DNA of 64,000 nt, taken from assembly GCA_021821305.1 (NCBI GenBank), contig JAKACP010000001.1:468349-532348 (forward strand), given 5' to 3'. This stretch comes from a bacterium. Its GTDB lineage: Bacteria; Patescibacteriota; Minisyncoccia; Moranbacterales; UBA1568. Shown here piece after piece: positions 11,676-20,988 of the stretch (positions are counted from its first letter, which is position 1; each line of letters starts with the position of its first letter). The notes below the pieces were generated by a model. The model searched no databases, had not been told where the DNA came from, and saw nothing but the letters and a program-made list of their open reading frames with translations. A program made the position numbers and the translations under genes.

Positions 11676-13712
11676 ATGACCGAACGAATGACCAAGAAAT
11701 CAGGGGAAAAGATTCGACTTACGAGGCTCGTATACGGTATTTTCCGGGAGGCACTGTTCTTGTGCCTCCTTTTCGTCGCCGGCGGTGTGGCCGGCTTCGC
11801 GCTCATCTATTTCTTCCGCGTGCCGTCCGGGGACGACCTGTTCGAACGCAAGCTCGCGCAGACCTCGATCATCTACGACCGGACCGGGACGCGCGTCCTC
11901 TATGAGATCCACGGCGAGGAGAATCGAAAGCTCCTCCCGCACGACGCGATACCCGATGTCGTGCGCTCTGCCACGATAGCGGCCGAGGACGACGCGTTCT
12001 ACCGTCATTTCGGGTTTGATCCGGTCTCGATCGGTCGTGCGTTCATGAAAAACCTGGAGGAAGGGAGTATCGTCCAGGGCGGATCGACCATCACCCAGCA
12101 GGTCGCGCGCATCTTCTACCTCGACCGGGAGCGATCCTTCGTGCGCAAACTGAACGAGATCGTGCTCGCGTTCAAGATCGACCGGAAATACGAGAAGGAT
12201 GATATCCTCGATCTCTACCTCAATACCGTCCCGTACGGATCGAACGCCTACGGGATACAGGCGGCGGCCGAAGTCTTCTTCGGCAAGGATGCCATCGATC
12301 TCTCCGTCGACGAGGCGGCATTCCTCGCGGCATTGCCCAAGGCGACGACGACGCTGTCTCCCTATCGGGATCCGAACAAGGCGCTCGCCGACCGCCAGCG
12401 ACAGATCATTCTCCGGATGGCGGAGATCGGCCTCATCGATGAGGCGACCCGGCGCCAAGCCATCGCGAGCGACACCTTCGCCCGCGTACAGCCGAGGCGC
12501 GATCCGATCGTCGCCCCGCATTTCGTCTTCTCCGTCCTCGGTGACCTCGAAGAGCGCTATGGGCGCACCGCGCTCGAGACGGACGGTCTCCGTATCACGA
12601 CGACGATCGACCTTGATCTTCAGGAGAAGGCCGAAGCGAGCGTTGAGCGCGGCGTCGAGCGCAACCGGTCCCGTAATGCGGAAAACGCGGCCTTGGTCGC
12701 GGTCGACGTCGCGACGGGCGAGGTGCTCGCGATGGCCGGCAGCCGCGACTATTTCGATACCGCCATCGACGGGCAGGTCAACGTGGCCATCCGCGCCCGC
12801 CAACCGGGTTCGGCGTTCAAGCCGTTCGTCTACGCGAGGGCCTTCGAGGAGGGATTCGAACCCGAAACGAGGATACTCGACGCCCCGGTCAATTTCGGCC
12901 CCGACGGCTCCGGCCGCGACTATATCCCGCAGAACTACAGCGGCAAATCCTACGGCATGCTCACCATGCGGCAGGCGCTCTCGATGTCGCTCAATGTCCC
13001 GGCCGTGCAGACGCTCGCCGTCGTCGGCGTCGAAGATGCGATCGGCCTCGCCGAGCGGCTCGGCATCACGACGCTTGGCGATCCCAAGCGGTACGGGCTC
13101 TCGCTCGTGCTCGGGGGCGCCGAGGTTCGGCCGCTCGACATGGCGTCGGCGTTCTCGGTGTTCGCCGCAGACGGCATCCGCCGCCCCTCGGTATCGATCC
13201 GGAGCATCAAACGCGACGGACGCGAGATATACGGGATCCTCGATCGCGATCCGGAGGAGCGTGTGCTCGAGCCGGAGATAGCCCGCCGCATCAACTCGAT
13301 ACTCTCCGACAACGCCGCCCGCACGCCCGTGTTCGGGCCGTCGAGCCCGCTCGCCTTCCCGGACGGTTCCGCCGCCGCCAAGACGGGGACGACCCAAGGG
13401 TTCCGTGACGCGTGGACGGTCGGGTACACCTCCCGCCTGTCGGTCGCGGTCTGGGCGGGCAACAACGACAACCGTCCGATGGCGCCCGGAGCGGATGGCG
13501 TGTTCGTCGCGGCTCCCATATGGCGCGATTTCATCGACCGGGTCCCGGAATATCGCACGGGACCCTTCATCGCCTATGCGCCGAGGACGGCGGACGACAC
13601 GCGCCTCATCGCCGGCGGGACGCTGACCACCTATGACAAGGACCGCTTCGAGCCCGAGGACGAGAAGAAGACCAAGAAGGGCGGGAAGAAGAAAAAGACG
13701 AAAAAAGGCTAA
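11676..13712 (+). CDS. Class A penicillin-binding protein (transglycosylase/transpeptidase)
   Basis: AAEDDAFYRHFG, QGGSTITQQ, RQPGSAFKP (SxxK), SLN, KTGTT. Confidence 0.95.
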   Translation: MTERMTKKSGEKIRLTRLVYGIFREALFLCLLFVAGGVAGFALIYFFRVPSGDDLFERKLAQTSIIYDRTGTRVLYEIHGEENRKLLPHDAIPDVVRSATIAAEDDAFYRHFGFDPVSIGRAFMKNLEEGSIVQGGSTITQQVARIFYLDRERSFVRKLNEIVLAFKIDRKYEKDDILDLYLNTVPYGSNAYGIQAAAEVFFGKDAIDLSVDEAAFLAALPKATTTLSPYRDPNKALADRQRQIILRMAEIGLIDEATRRQAIASDTFARVQPRRDPIVAPHFVFSVLGDLEERYGRTALETDGLRITTTIDLDLQEKAEASVERGVERNRSRNAENAALVAVDVATGEVLAMAGSRDYFDTAIDGQVNVAIRARQPGSAFKPFVYARAFEEGFEPETRILDAPVNFGPDGSGRDYIPQNYSGKSYGMLTMRQALSMSLNVPAVQTLAVVGVEDAIGLAERLGITTLGDPKRYGLSLVLGGAEVRPLDMASAFSVFAADGIRRPSVSIRSIKRDGREIYGILDRDPEERVLEPEIARRINSILSDNAARTPVFGPSSPLAFPDGSAAAKTGTTQGFRDAWTVGYTSRLSVAVWAGNNDNRPMAPGADGVFVAAPIWRDFIDRVPEYRTGPFIAYAPRTADDTRLIAGGTLTTYDKDRFEPEDEKKTKKGGKKKKTKKG

Positions 13713-13742
13713 GGGCCAGTCGAAACGTGCTATACTGTGGGC

Positions 13743-14045
13743 ATGCGATACGACAAACTCGTCCGGGATCGGATCCCGGGTATCATCATGGCGAAAGGGG
13801 AATCGTGCACGACCCATATCGCCGACGAAGCCGAATACGAGACCAAGCTCTTCGAAAAACTTCGCGAGGAGGCGGAGGAACTTGTCCGTGACAAATCGAT
13901 CGGCGAGATCGCCGATGTGCTCGAGGTGATCGATGCGATCGCGGCTCTCAAGGGATTCTCCCAGGAGGAAATCGGTGCGGTAAAACGAAAAAAACTCGAG
14001 GAGCGCGGCGGATTTTCCGGGCGCATCGTCCTCGAGGAATCATAG
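13743..14045 (+). CDS. MazG-like NTP pyrophosphohydrolase
   Basis: YDKLVRDRIP, KLREEAEE, EIADVLEV, KLEERGGF. Confidence 0.88.
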   Translation: MRYDKLVRDRIPGIIMAKGESCTTHIADEAEYETKLFEKLREEAEELVRDKSIGEIADVLEVIDAIAALKGFSQEEIGAVKRKKLEERGGFSGRIVLEES

Positions 14046-14050
14046 ATCAT

Positions 14051-14440
14051 ATGAAAACCGTCGTCATACTGGGCGCGAGCGACAAGCCGGAGCGCTATTC
14101 GAACAAGGCATTGCTTCTCCTCAAGGAAAAAGGGTACGACGTCGTACCCGTCAATCCGACGCTCGAAACGATCGAGGGAATACCGGTCGTCCACGCGCTC
14201 TCCGATGTCGCCCGGCATCCCGATGTCCTCACCGTGTATGTGAACCCCGAGCGGAGCGCGGCTCTGGCCGATGATATCCTCGCGCTCTCACCCCGAGTCG
14301 CCATCTTCAATCCGGACACCGAAAACGACGCGCTGGAATCCCGACTCGCCGAAGCCGGCATAAGGATCGTCCGAGCCTGTTCCGTCGTGCTTCTCACGAC
14401 CGACGCATTCGAACCGACCGTCACTCAGAAAACGGTATGA
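14051..14440 (+). CDS. CoA-binding protein (YccU-like)
   Basis: VVILGASDKPERYS, VVPVNP, FNPDTEN, AC motif. Confidence 0.88.
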   Translation: MKTVVILGASDKPERYSNKALLLLKEKGYDVVPVNPTLETIEGIPVVHALSDVARHPDVLTVYVNPERSAALADDILALSPRVAIFNPDTENDALESRLAEAGIRIVRACSVVLLTTDAFEPTVTQKTV

Positions 14441-15576
14441 AGCGAAGATCTTTCATGAAAATGGCATCCGTCACGCTGGCGGTGATCGCCGGGCTCGTTC
14501 CCGTATTCCTCTTCATATCCGGTTCGGAGTGGGCGCTCGAAAATGTGCGGGCCGAAGTCCTCTCCGAGAGCATCCTTCGCACGCCTCAGGATCCCTTCGA
14601 GATCCGTTTCTCGCGGGCGGTCGATCCGGAGAGCTACCGCGACAATATCTCCGTCGTGCCCGCGACCCCGCTTCTCTACTCGTGGAGCAAGGACGGTCGG
14701 ACCCTGTCGCTCAAACCCGAGGGCAAATGGGCGGAAGGATCGCAGTATCAGATACTCCTCGGTCCGGGGAAATCGGGCTTCGGCAGGACGGTGCCGATGG
14801 CGTCGTTTTCTTTTCATACCCCTACCTATCCGGAAATCGTGTCCATGACTCCCAAGGACGGCGCCACGGACCTCATCCTCGACATCGAGGATCCGATCAC
14901 TGTCCGTTTCGACCGCTCCGTCGCCGATTTCTACGTCGATTTCCGTCTGTCCCCCTCGATACCGGTGACGTATCAGAACGACGACGCCAAGACCGAGTTC
15001 AAGATCCTCCCGAAGGAGCCGGTCAAACCCGGTACCGAGTATCGTCTCGAGGTGTTCGCCAAGTGGCGGAGCGAGCCGGATGGCGCCTATCGATCGATCG
15101 GCGCGACGACCTTTACCACGCTGCCCGAGCGGCCGAAGGAATGGAGCCGCGACCTCGCGGCGCGTCTCATCGAGGCCAAGCGCTTCGCTCGCCCGATCAT
15201 CGCGACGGGGAAATACATCGATATCGATACCGAGGCGCAGGTCATGACCATCTTCGAGGACGGCTCGCTCCTCGACACCTACCTCGTCTCCTCGGGTCTC
15301 CCCGGCATGGACACCCCGAAGGGGCAGTACAAGATCGAGAACAAGGCGAGGCGTCCTTGGTCGAAGATGTATGAACTCTATATGCCCAACTGGATGGCGT
15401 TCACGGCGGACGGAAAGTATGGCATCCATGAATTGCCCGAATGGCCGAGCGGGTACAAGGAAGGCGCGAATCACCTCGGCATACCGGTCTCGCACGGCTG
15501 TGTCCGGCTCGGCGTCGGTTCCGCCGCACGCGTATGGAACTGGGCGGAAATCGGCACGCCGGTCGTGGTGCATTGA
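14437..15576 (+). CDS. L,D-transpeptidase with Ig-like domains
   Basis: N-terminal TM; TPKGQY, YGIHELP, HLGIPVSHGCVRL (YkuD catalytic motif). Confidence 0.92.
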   Translation: MKRRSFMKMASVTLAVIAGLVPVFLFISGSEWALENVRAEVLSESILRTPQDPFEIRFSRAVDPESYRDNISVVPATPLLYSWSKDGRTLSLKPEGKWAEGSQYQILLGPGKSGFGRTVPMASFSFHTPTYPEIVSMTPKDGATDLILDIEDPITVRFDRSVADFYVDFRLSPSIPVTYQNDDAKTEFKILPKEPVKPGTEYRLEVFAKWRSEPDGAYRSIGATTFTTLPERPKEWSRDLAARLIEAKRFARPIIATGKYIDIDTEAQVMTIFEDGSLLDTYLVSSGLPGMDTPKGQYKIENKARRPWSKMYELYMPNWMAFTADGKYGIHELPEWPSGYKEGANHLGIPVSHGCVRLGVGSAARVWNWAEIGTPVVVH

Positions 15577-16047
15577 GCGGCGATGCAAGATTCGGAAACA
15601 AGTATTGTAGTAATCGGCATCAAGAGAAAATCGGACAGCGTACAATAAAATATCTCAGCGTCGTTTCCGTAATTCGCTCACAGGGGGATCTATGAGCCGG
15701 ACAGGGGACAGGTTTTTTGGAGGTGCCCAAAAAGACCGACGATCGTCAGCCCGTTTTCGGGTAACGGCCGTCGGTCTTTTTGATTCTCCATTTCTTTCTT
15801 CATTCGTAGCCTTTCGATCGAAGGGCAGGGCATCGGAGTGCACCCTATTTCGGTGCCCGGCTTTTTGATTGTTTGTCGGAAGGGTCTATCCGGACTTTTC
15901 CGACAGGCTCTCAGGGGGCCTCGGTCGATCGGACAAATGCGCGAGGCAAAGAGGTGCAAGCGCCTCGGGCATTCTGTCTGAAAAGTATTCCCGTTCGGCG
16001 CGTCGCGGCGCGCGGAGCGGAGCACTAGGAAGGAAGGTGAACAGACT

Positions 16048-16563
16048 ATGAAAACAATGTTTATGGTTCTTCCGGCGCTCGCCCTCGCTTTCGCGTTCGC
16101 GGCTCCGGCATCGGCGAATGGTGATGGCCATTGGTGGATGCACTTCAACGATGAGCTCAATGTGCAGAGTTCGAACAACGCGAACGTATACAACGTCACG
16201 AAGGCGGAGAGCGACACGGGCGACAACTCGACGTTTCTCAACTATGGATTCGGCTCGGGGAATATCGTGACCGGCGCGGCTATGGCCGGTGCGGACTCGG
16301 GTCTCTTCGTGAACAGCAACATGACGACCCTCGGGGCGCCGTGTGACTGTTTCGACGACGTGACGATCACGAGCGCGAACAACGCGGTCGTCTACAATAA
16401 GACGAAGGCCGAGGCGGAAACCGGCGAGAATACCACCACGGGCAATGGTGGGTACTTCGATGACTGGTACTACGGTGGAGGGAGCGGCAATATCGTGACC
16501 GGCGCCGCGGTAGCGGGCGCTACGTCGTGGACAGTCGTCAACTCCAACGTGACGGGTTTCTAG
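16048..16563 (+). CDS. Secreted repeat protein (2 N/TG repeats)
   Basis: SD GGAAGGTG; Sec signal peptide ending ASA; two copies of NNAxVYNxTKAExxTGxN...GNIVTGAAxAGA...NSN. Confidence 0.85.
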   Translation: MKTMFMVLPALALAFAFAAPASANGDGHWWMHFNDELNVQSSNNANVYNVTKAESDTGDNSTFLNYGFGSGNIVTGAAMAGADSGLFVNSNMTTLGAPCDCFDDVTITSANNAVVYNKTKAEAETGENTTTGNGGYFDDWYYGGGSGNIVTGAAVAGATSWTVVNSNVTGF

Positions 16564-16643
16564 CCGATTTTTTCCAGGAGGCGGGGGCGTGAACCGCGGA
16601 TCATCGCCCCCGCGCTTCCGGAAAGGGAAAAAATATCCCGAGT

Positions 16644-17108
16644 ATGAATTTCAAGACCTTTTTCTTCGCTCTCGTATCCTTTCTCCTGTTTTCGAGCGGC
16701 GCGGATGCCGTGATGGTCATCGAGAACAGCGGACAGAATACGATCATCGAGTCGAGGACGAGCGCGGTCTCGGATACCGGCGGGAATAGCGGATCGGGAA
16801 ACATCGAGACCGGTGACGCCAAGGCGACGAGCGCGACCGAAGTGCGTTCCTCCGGTAGCGAGACGACGGTAAAGGCGGAAGCCGTGTCGGAAGCGGACGG
16901 GCAGGAATCATCCGTCAGTGCGGTCCAGGAGGGTCCGGGGACGGTCTCCGTAGAGGAGCAAGAAGGTGGCGCGGAGGCGCGGATCGACGTGTCGGTATCC
17001 GAGGAAAGCGCGGCTGGTGCGTCCTCGGAAGAGGCAACAGGAGTGTTCGAAAAAGTCGGGGCGTTCCTGTCGGGAATAGGGGATTTCATACGGTCTATCT
17101 TCGAATGA
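16644..17108 (+). CDS. Secreted protein with one N/TG repeat
   Basis: Signal peptide ending ADA; SDTGGNSGSGNIETGDAKA; amphipathic C-terminus. Confidence 0.8.
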   Translation: MNFKTFFFALVSFLLFSSGADAVMVIENSGQNTIIESRTSAVSDTGGNSGSGNIETGDAKATSATEVRSSGSETTVKAEAVSEADGQESSVSAVQEGPGTVSVEEQEGGAEARIDVSVSEESAAGASSEEATGVFEKVGAFLSGIGDFIRSIFE

Positions 17109-17126
17109 TTTCATGAGAAAGAGAGT

Positions 17127-19874
17127 ATGTCGTCCGAACGGATGCGATATGTCTACGCGGCAAGCAGAGGGCAGAGGATATATTTCTCGCCCCGTTGGTC
17201 GCGCCCCGTTTCTCCGAGGAGGGTCTCTTGGATCCTCCCCGCGTACGCGCGGGCAGTTTTTCTGAAAAAATCCTTCATCATAAGCCTTTCTTTGGCTGTC
17301 GCGTTTTATCCCATGGCGCCGATGGCCGCGGTCGCGGACGATACCGCTCCGGAAAGCGAGCCCGTCCTTGAGTCCGAGTCACCGGAAGCGGATCCGGAAG
17401 AAGCGCCTGCGGAGGAGACTGCGGAGAAAGAACCTACTGAAGAGACTCCGGAAGAAGCACCGGCGGAAGAAGAAGCGGCACCCGAGAAGGTCGTCGAACC
17501 CGATGCCGAACCTGATATGGCTGTAACCGCGTCGTCGGAACCGGAAGTCGCGCCGGACCCGGAGGCGGAGCCGGAAACATCGGAAGCGTCTCCCTGTGAC
17601 GAGGGAGCGCCAGCGGATGAACATGAAGTGCCAGTGGATGGACATGAGGACGGCACGGTCATCGAGAGCTGTAACGAAGCCGAAACGGAGAGTGATGTGA
17701 CAGCCTCATCCGATACCGGTGAAAATGCCATCGTCATCGAGGAGGGTGATCCCGTCGGAGAGGAGGAAGGAACTGATACCGATGAATCGACGGAAGCGGA
17801 TACCGTGAGTGCCGCCGCCGAACCCGCCGTCGCGGAAGTCGCTCCGGATGAGGGCGTCGATTCCGCTATCGACACCGGCGATGCCGGCGCGACCGCCGTG
17901 CTCGTCCAGGACGTGAATACCGATATCGTGGGGAATGATGTCGACAAGGAAGTGATCGTGGCGGACGAGGAGACGGGAGATATCGACCTGCTCGAGGCAT
18001 TCGTCGGCACGGAGGAGGAAAATGGAGAAGCGGCGGAAACGAATCAGCCCGGGGAAACGGATGGATCCGGTGGCGGGGTCGCGGTCGTGAACGGCAATGA
18101 GGCCACCGTCGAGAATACCGTCGTCGCGACAGCCGAGACCGGGGACAACTCGATCGAGGGCGGCGACGGGGCGGCCATCGATACCGGGGACGCTTCCGCG
18201 CTCGCGGTGGCGGTCAACGTCGTCAACACCACGCTCGTCGGGTCCAACGGACTCCTCGCCATCGTCAATATTGTCGGCGACTATGCCGGCGATGTCATTT
18301 TGCCCGGCGAGGGCCTGCTCTCCTTCGGCGGAGGCGACCCGAGTCTGGAGACCGTCGAGAACGGGAACGAGGCGACCATCGAGAATACGGTCACGGCATC
18401 CGCCGATACGGGCGGCAATACGATCGAGGGTTCCGGCGACGCATCCATCGAGACGGGCGATGCGGTCGCCGTGGCGGAAAGCGATACCATCGCCAATACG
18501 AATTTCGTCGGCGACAACTGGCTTGTCGTCGTGGTCAATGTGTTCGGTGAATGGCTGGGCGGCATCGTCGACGGCGAGGATGCGGATGGCGACGGAGTCA
18601 TCGGATTCCTCTTCGGCGGCGGAGGGGAGAGCGATGGTTGCGACGCGGAGTGCGGCGATATCGTGTCGGTCTCGGGCAAGAACGTCGCCTATGTGGTCAA
18701 CACCGTCTCGGCGAGCGCGGACACGGGCGGCAACACCATCACCAGCGCGGACGATGCGTCGATCGTGACCGGAAACGCCTCCGCGACCGCCGCCGCGTTC
18801 AACTTCGTGAACAACAATATCGTCGGGCATAACTGGCTCCTCGCGGTCATCAACGTCTTCGGAAGCTGGGGTGGCAACCTCGTCTTCGCCTATCCGGACC
18901 TCTCGACCTCGGTCAGCGACGGGAGAGAGACCGCACTTCCCGGCGACACCCTCGAATATGTCGTCCGGGTCGAAAACGGCGGCATGGCCGACGCGGAGGG
19001 TGTGTCGGTGGCATTCCGGATTCCGGGATCATCCGAATACCGGTCCGCTTCCGACGGGGCGGAGCGCAACGGCGACACGGTCATCTGGACGCTTTCATCT
19101 CTGAAAAAAGGCGAAAGTAAGGGATTTACCGTGACGGTGGCAGTGGACGGCGGGACACCTGACGGAGCCGAGCTCCGCGCATACGCGCAGGCGGGGACGG
19201 ATACCGCCGAGAAGCATCCGGAGAACAACGTCTCAGACGACGAGACGACCGTCGATATCCCCGATGCGGTCATCACGCAGATCGACGCGGAATACGTTGA
19301 TGGAAACTCTTATCACACTGGGCTCCGCGTGAAGCGGAGTAAACCCGATGGCGCGTTCCGAGGCGGGGACACGGTCACGCATCGGATCACCGTCGAGAAC
19401 ACCGGCAAGAATCCAGCCTACGATGTCGTGGCGGAGGACTCGTTCGAGACACCCGACGGTACGCTTATCGCCACGCTCGAATGGAACATAGGCGGAATCG
19501 ACTCGGGCAAGGGCGTGCTCATCGAATACACGATCGCCATCCCGAACCAGGTCGGAGCCGGACAGTATCGCTACACCGCCCGTGCCGAGGGCAAACAGTA
19601 CGATGACGATGATATACGGTCCAAGAAGGCCTATGCCACGCTCACCATCGTCGGGTCCGCCTTCGCCGGGGCGTTCGGTGCGGAGACGGTCGAAGCGGCA
19701 TCGCCGGAAGACGTGACGATCCCGGGCGAAGTGCAGGGCGCGCAGGCCGCGACGGTCGGGGAGGTCGTCGGGAACGGGAAGTTCCCGCTCTGGATGCTTC
19801 TTCTCTCCGGGCTCGCCTATTTCCTCATGATCAACTGGTCGTTCTTCCCGAAAACTCACCGGAGAATCATATGA
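17127..19874 (+). CDS. Large surface protein: acidic linker, 4 N/TG repeats, 2 DUF11-like Ig domains, C-terminal TM anchor
   Basis: Repeats ADTGGNTI...IETGDA; PGDTLEYVVRVENGG and GDTVTHRITVENTG; GEVQGA then hydrophobic helix and basic tail; true start uncertain. Confidence 0.8.
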   Translation: MSSERMRYVYAASRGQRIYFSPRWSRPVSPRRVSWILPAYARAVFLKKSFIISLSLAVAFYPMAPMAAVADDTAPESEPVLESESPEADPEEAPAEETAEKEPTEETPEEAPAEEEAAPEKVVEPDAEPDMAVTASSEPEVAPDPEAEPETSEASPCDEGAPADEHEVPVDGHEDGTVIESCNEAETESDVTASSDTGENAIVIEEGDPVGEEEGTDTDESTEADTVSAAAEPAVAEVAPDEGVDSAIDTGDAGATAVLVQDVNTDIVGNDVDKEVIVADEETGDIDLLEAFVGTEEENGEAAETNQPGETDGSGGGVAVVNGNEATVENTVVATAETGDNSIEGGDGAAIDTGDASALAVAVNVVNTTLVGSNGLLAIVNIVGDYAGDVILPGEGLLSFGGGDPSLETVENGNEATIENTVTASADTGGNTIEGSGDASIETGDAVAVAESDTIANTNFVGDNWLVVVVNVFGEWLGGIVDGEDADGDGVIGFLFGGGGESDGCDAECGDIVSVSGKNVAYVVNTVSASADTGGNTITSADDASIVTGNASATAAAFNFVNNNIVGHNWLLAVINVFGSWGGNLVFAYPDLSTSVSDGRETALPGDTLEYVVRVENGGMADAEGVSVAFRIPGSSEYRSASDGAERNGDTVIWTLSSLKKGESKGFTVTVAVDGGTPDGAELRAYAQAGTDTAEKHPENNVSDDETTVDIPDAVITQIDAEYVDGNSYHTGLRVKRSKPDGAFRGGDTVTHRITVENTGKNPAYDVVAEDSFETPDGTLIATLEWNIGGIDSGKGVLIEYTIAIPNQVGAGQYRYTARAEGKQYDDDDIRSKKAYATLTIVGSAFAGAFGAETVEAASPEDVTIPGEVQGAQAATVGEVVGNGKFPLWMLLLSGLAYFLMINWSFFPKTHRRII

Positions 19875-20065
19875 GTGAAAATCGTACAAACGTGAACCTA
19901 TCGGGATGGCGGACGATATTCGTCCCGTTGCTCGTGACCGTGGCCGCGATCGCGTTTTGGATGACATATTACGGTTCCATCGGTTGGTGGCCGTTCGTCC
20001 TCTTCGTCATCTGGGTGGTGCAATACACGCGATTTTCGCAGAGGCGGAGGTCTTCGGATGATTGA
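19871..20065 (+). CDS. Small 2-TM membrane protein
   Basis: ATGA overlap with the upstream stop; two hydrophobic segments. Confidence 0.6.
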   Translation: MSENRTNVNLSGWRTIFVPLLVTVAAIAFWMTYYGSIGWWPFVLFVIWVVQYTRFSQRRRSSDD

Positions 20066-20160
20066 CATCGGTGTTTTTTCGGTTCCGGCTCGGGTGTATA
20101 CTGGAACGGTAACGAAGACGGTGCGCAGGTCGACGTGCCGAAAACGGAGGGAAATTAATC

Positions 20161-20694
20161 ATGAAGACAAATGATATGAAGAAATCTCTTATCTTGTCCG
20201 GTGTCCTCACGTTCGCCTTTATTTTCATCGGTGGAGTCATTGCGACTCCCGTGTCTGCGGGAAAACCGGATACGACCGGATTCAATCAGTTCGGATATAA
20301 TTATGGAGCCAGATTATTTAACGGATTGGCGGATGGCGTCGATAAGAATCTTGATGGAAAGGTGTGGGGCAGTCCGACGTATGCGAGTGACAGGGTTGTC
20401 ATGAAATGGAATGCGGCTTGGGATGCATGCAATGCTGCCGGGTACGATGATCCGGACGTCTGCGCCGGAGCCTGGACCGATAACGAATGGAACGGAAAAG
20501 GCAAGGATGGTTCGGGCGAGGTGTGGCACTATAAAATCATCTGGGTTGGGTCAGAAGCCGAACAGAGTCCTTATTGGAAAGATGGCGGGTATTCCGTCTG
20601 GGGAAATTATGAAGTCATAATGGACCAGGGTACGTTCGAGGGAGTGCATACGTGGTATGCGCATGGCATACCCAACGGATATGGGGCCGAATAA
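20161..20694 (+). CDS. Secreted Trp/Gly/Tyr-rich hypothetical protein
   Basis: SD GGAGG; signal peptide ending VSA; no recognised domain. Confidence 0.75.
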   Translation: MKTNDMKKSLILSGVLTFAFIFIGGVIATPVSAGKPDTTGFNQFGYNYGARLFNGLADGVDKNLDGKVWGSPTYASDRVVMKWNAAWDACNAAGYDDPDVCAGAWTDNEWNGKGKDGSGEVWHYKIIWVGSEAEQSPYWKDGGYSVWGNYEVIMDQGTFEGVHTWYAHGIPNGYGAE

Positions 20695-20988
20695 TTGCAG
20701 GTAACTGTCGAAAACAGCCATATTCTTGGCTGTTTTCGCTTTTTTATACGGAGGAAAATGATGCCACGCTATACTAATGGGCGGAGGGAGCACATCATTT
20801 CCCGACGGGTGGTGGCGACGGTTTTGAGGAAGACAGGGAGGTTGCCCTTGACAGAACCACAAAATTCTGCTATATTCTCATGTCTGCGATTGCACAGGCA
20901 ATTGTATTTTTTTGGCTTATTTGATGCAGACCGCATCGGGTATTTATTCAATGGGCTCCCCAGGGGAGACTGGTACGGAAGCAACATT

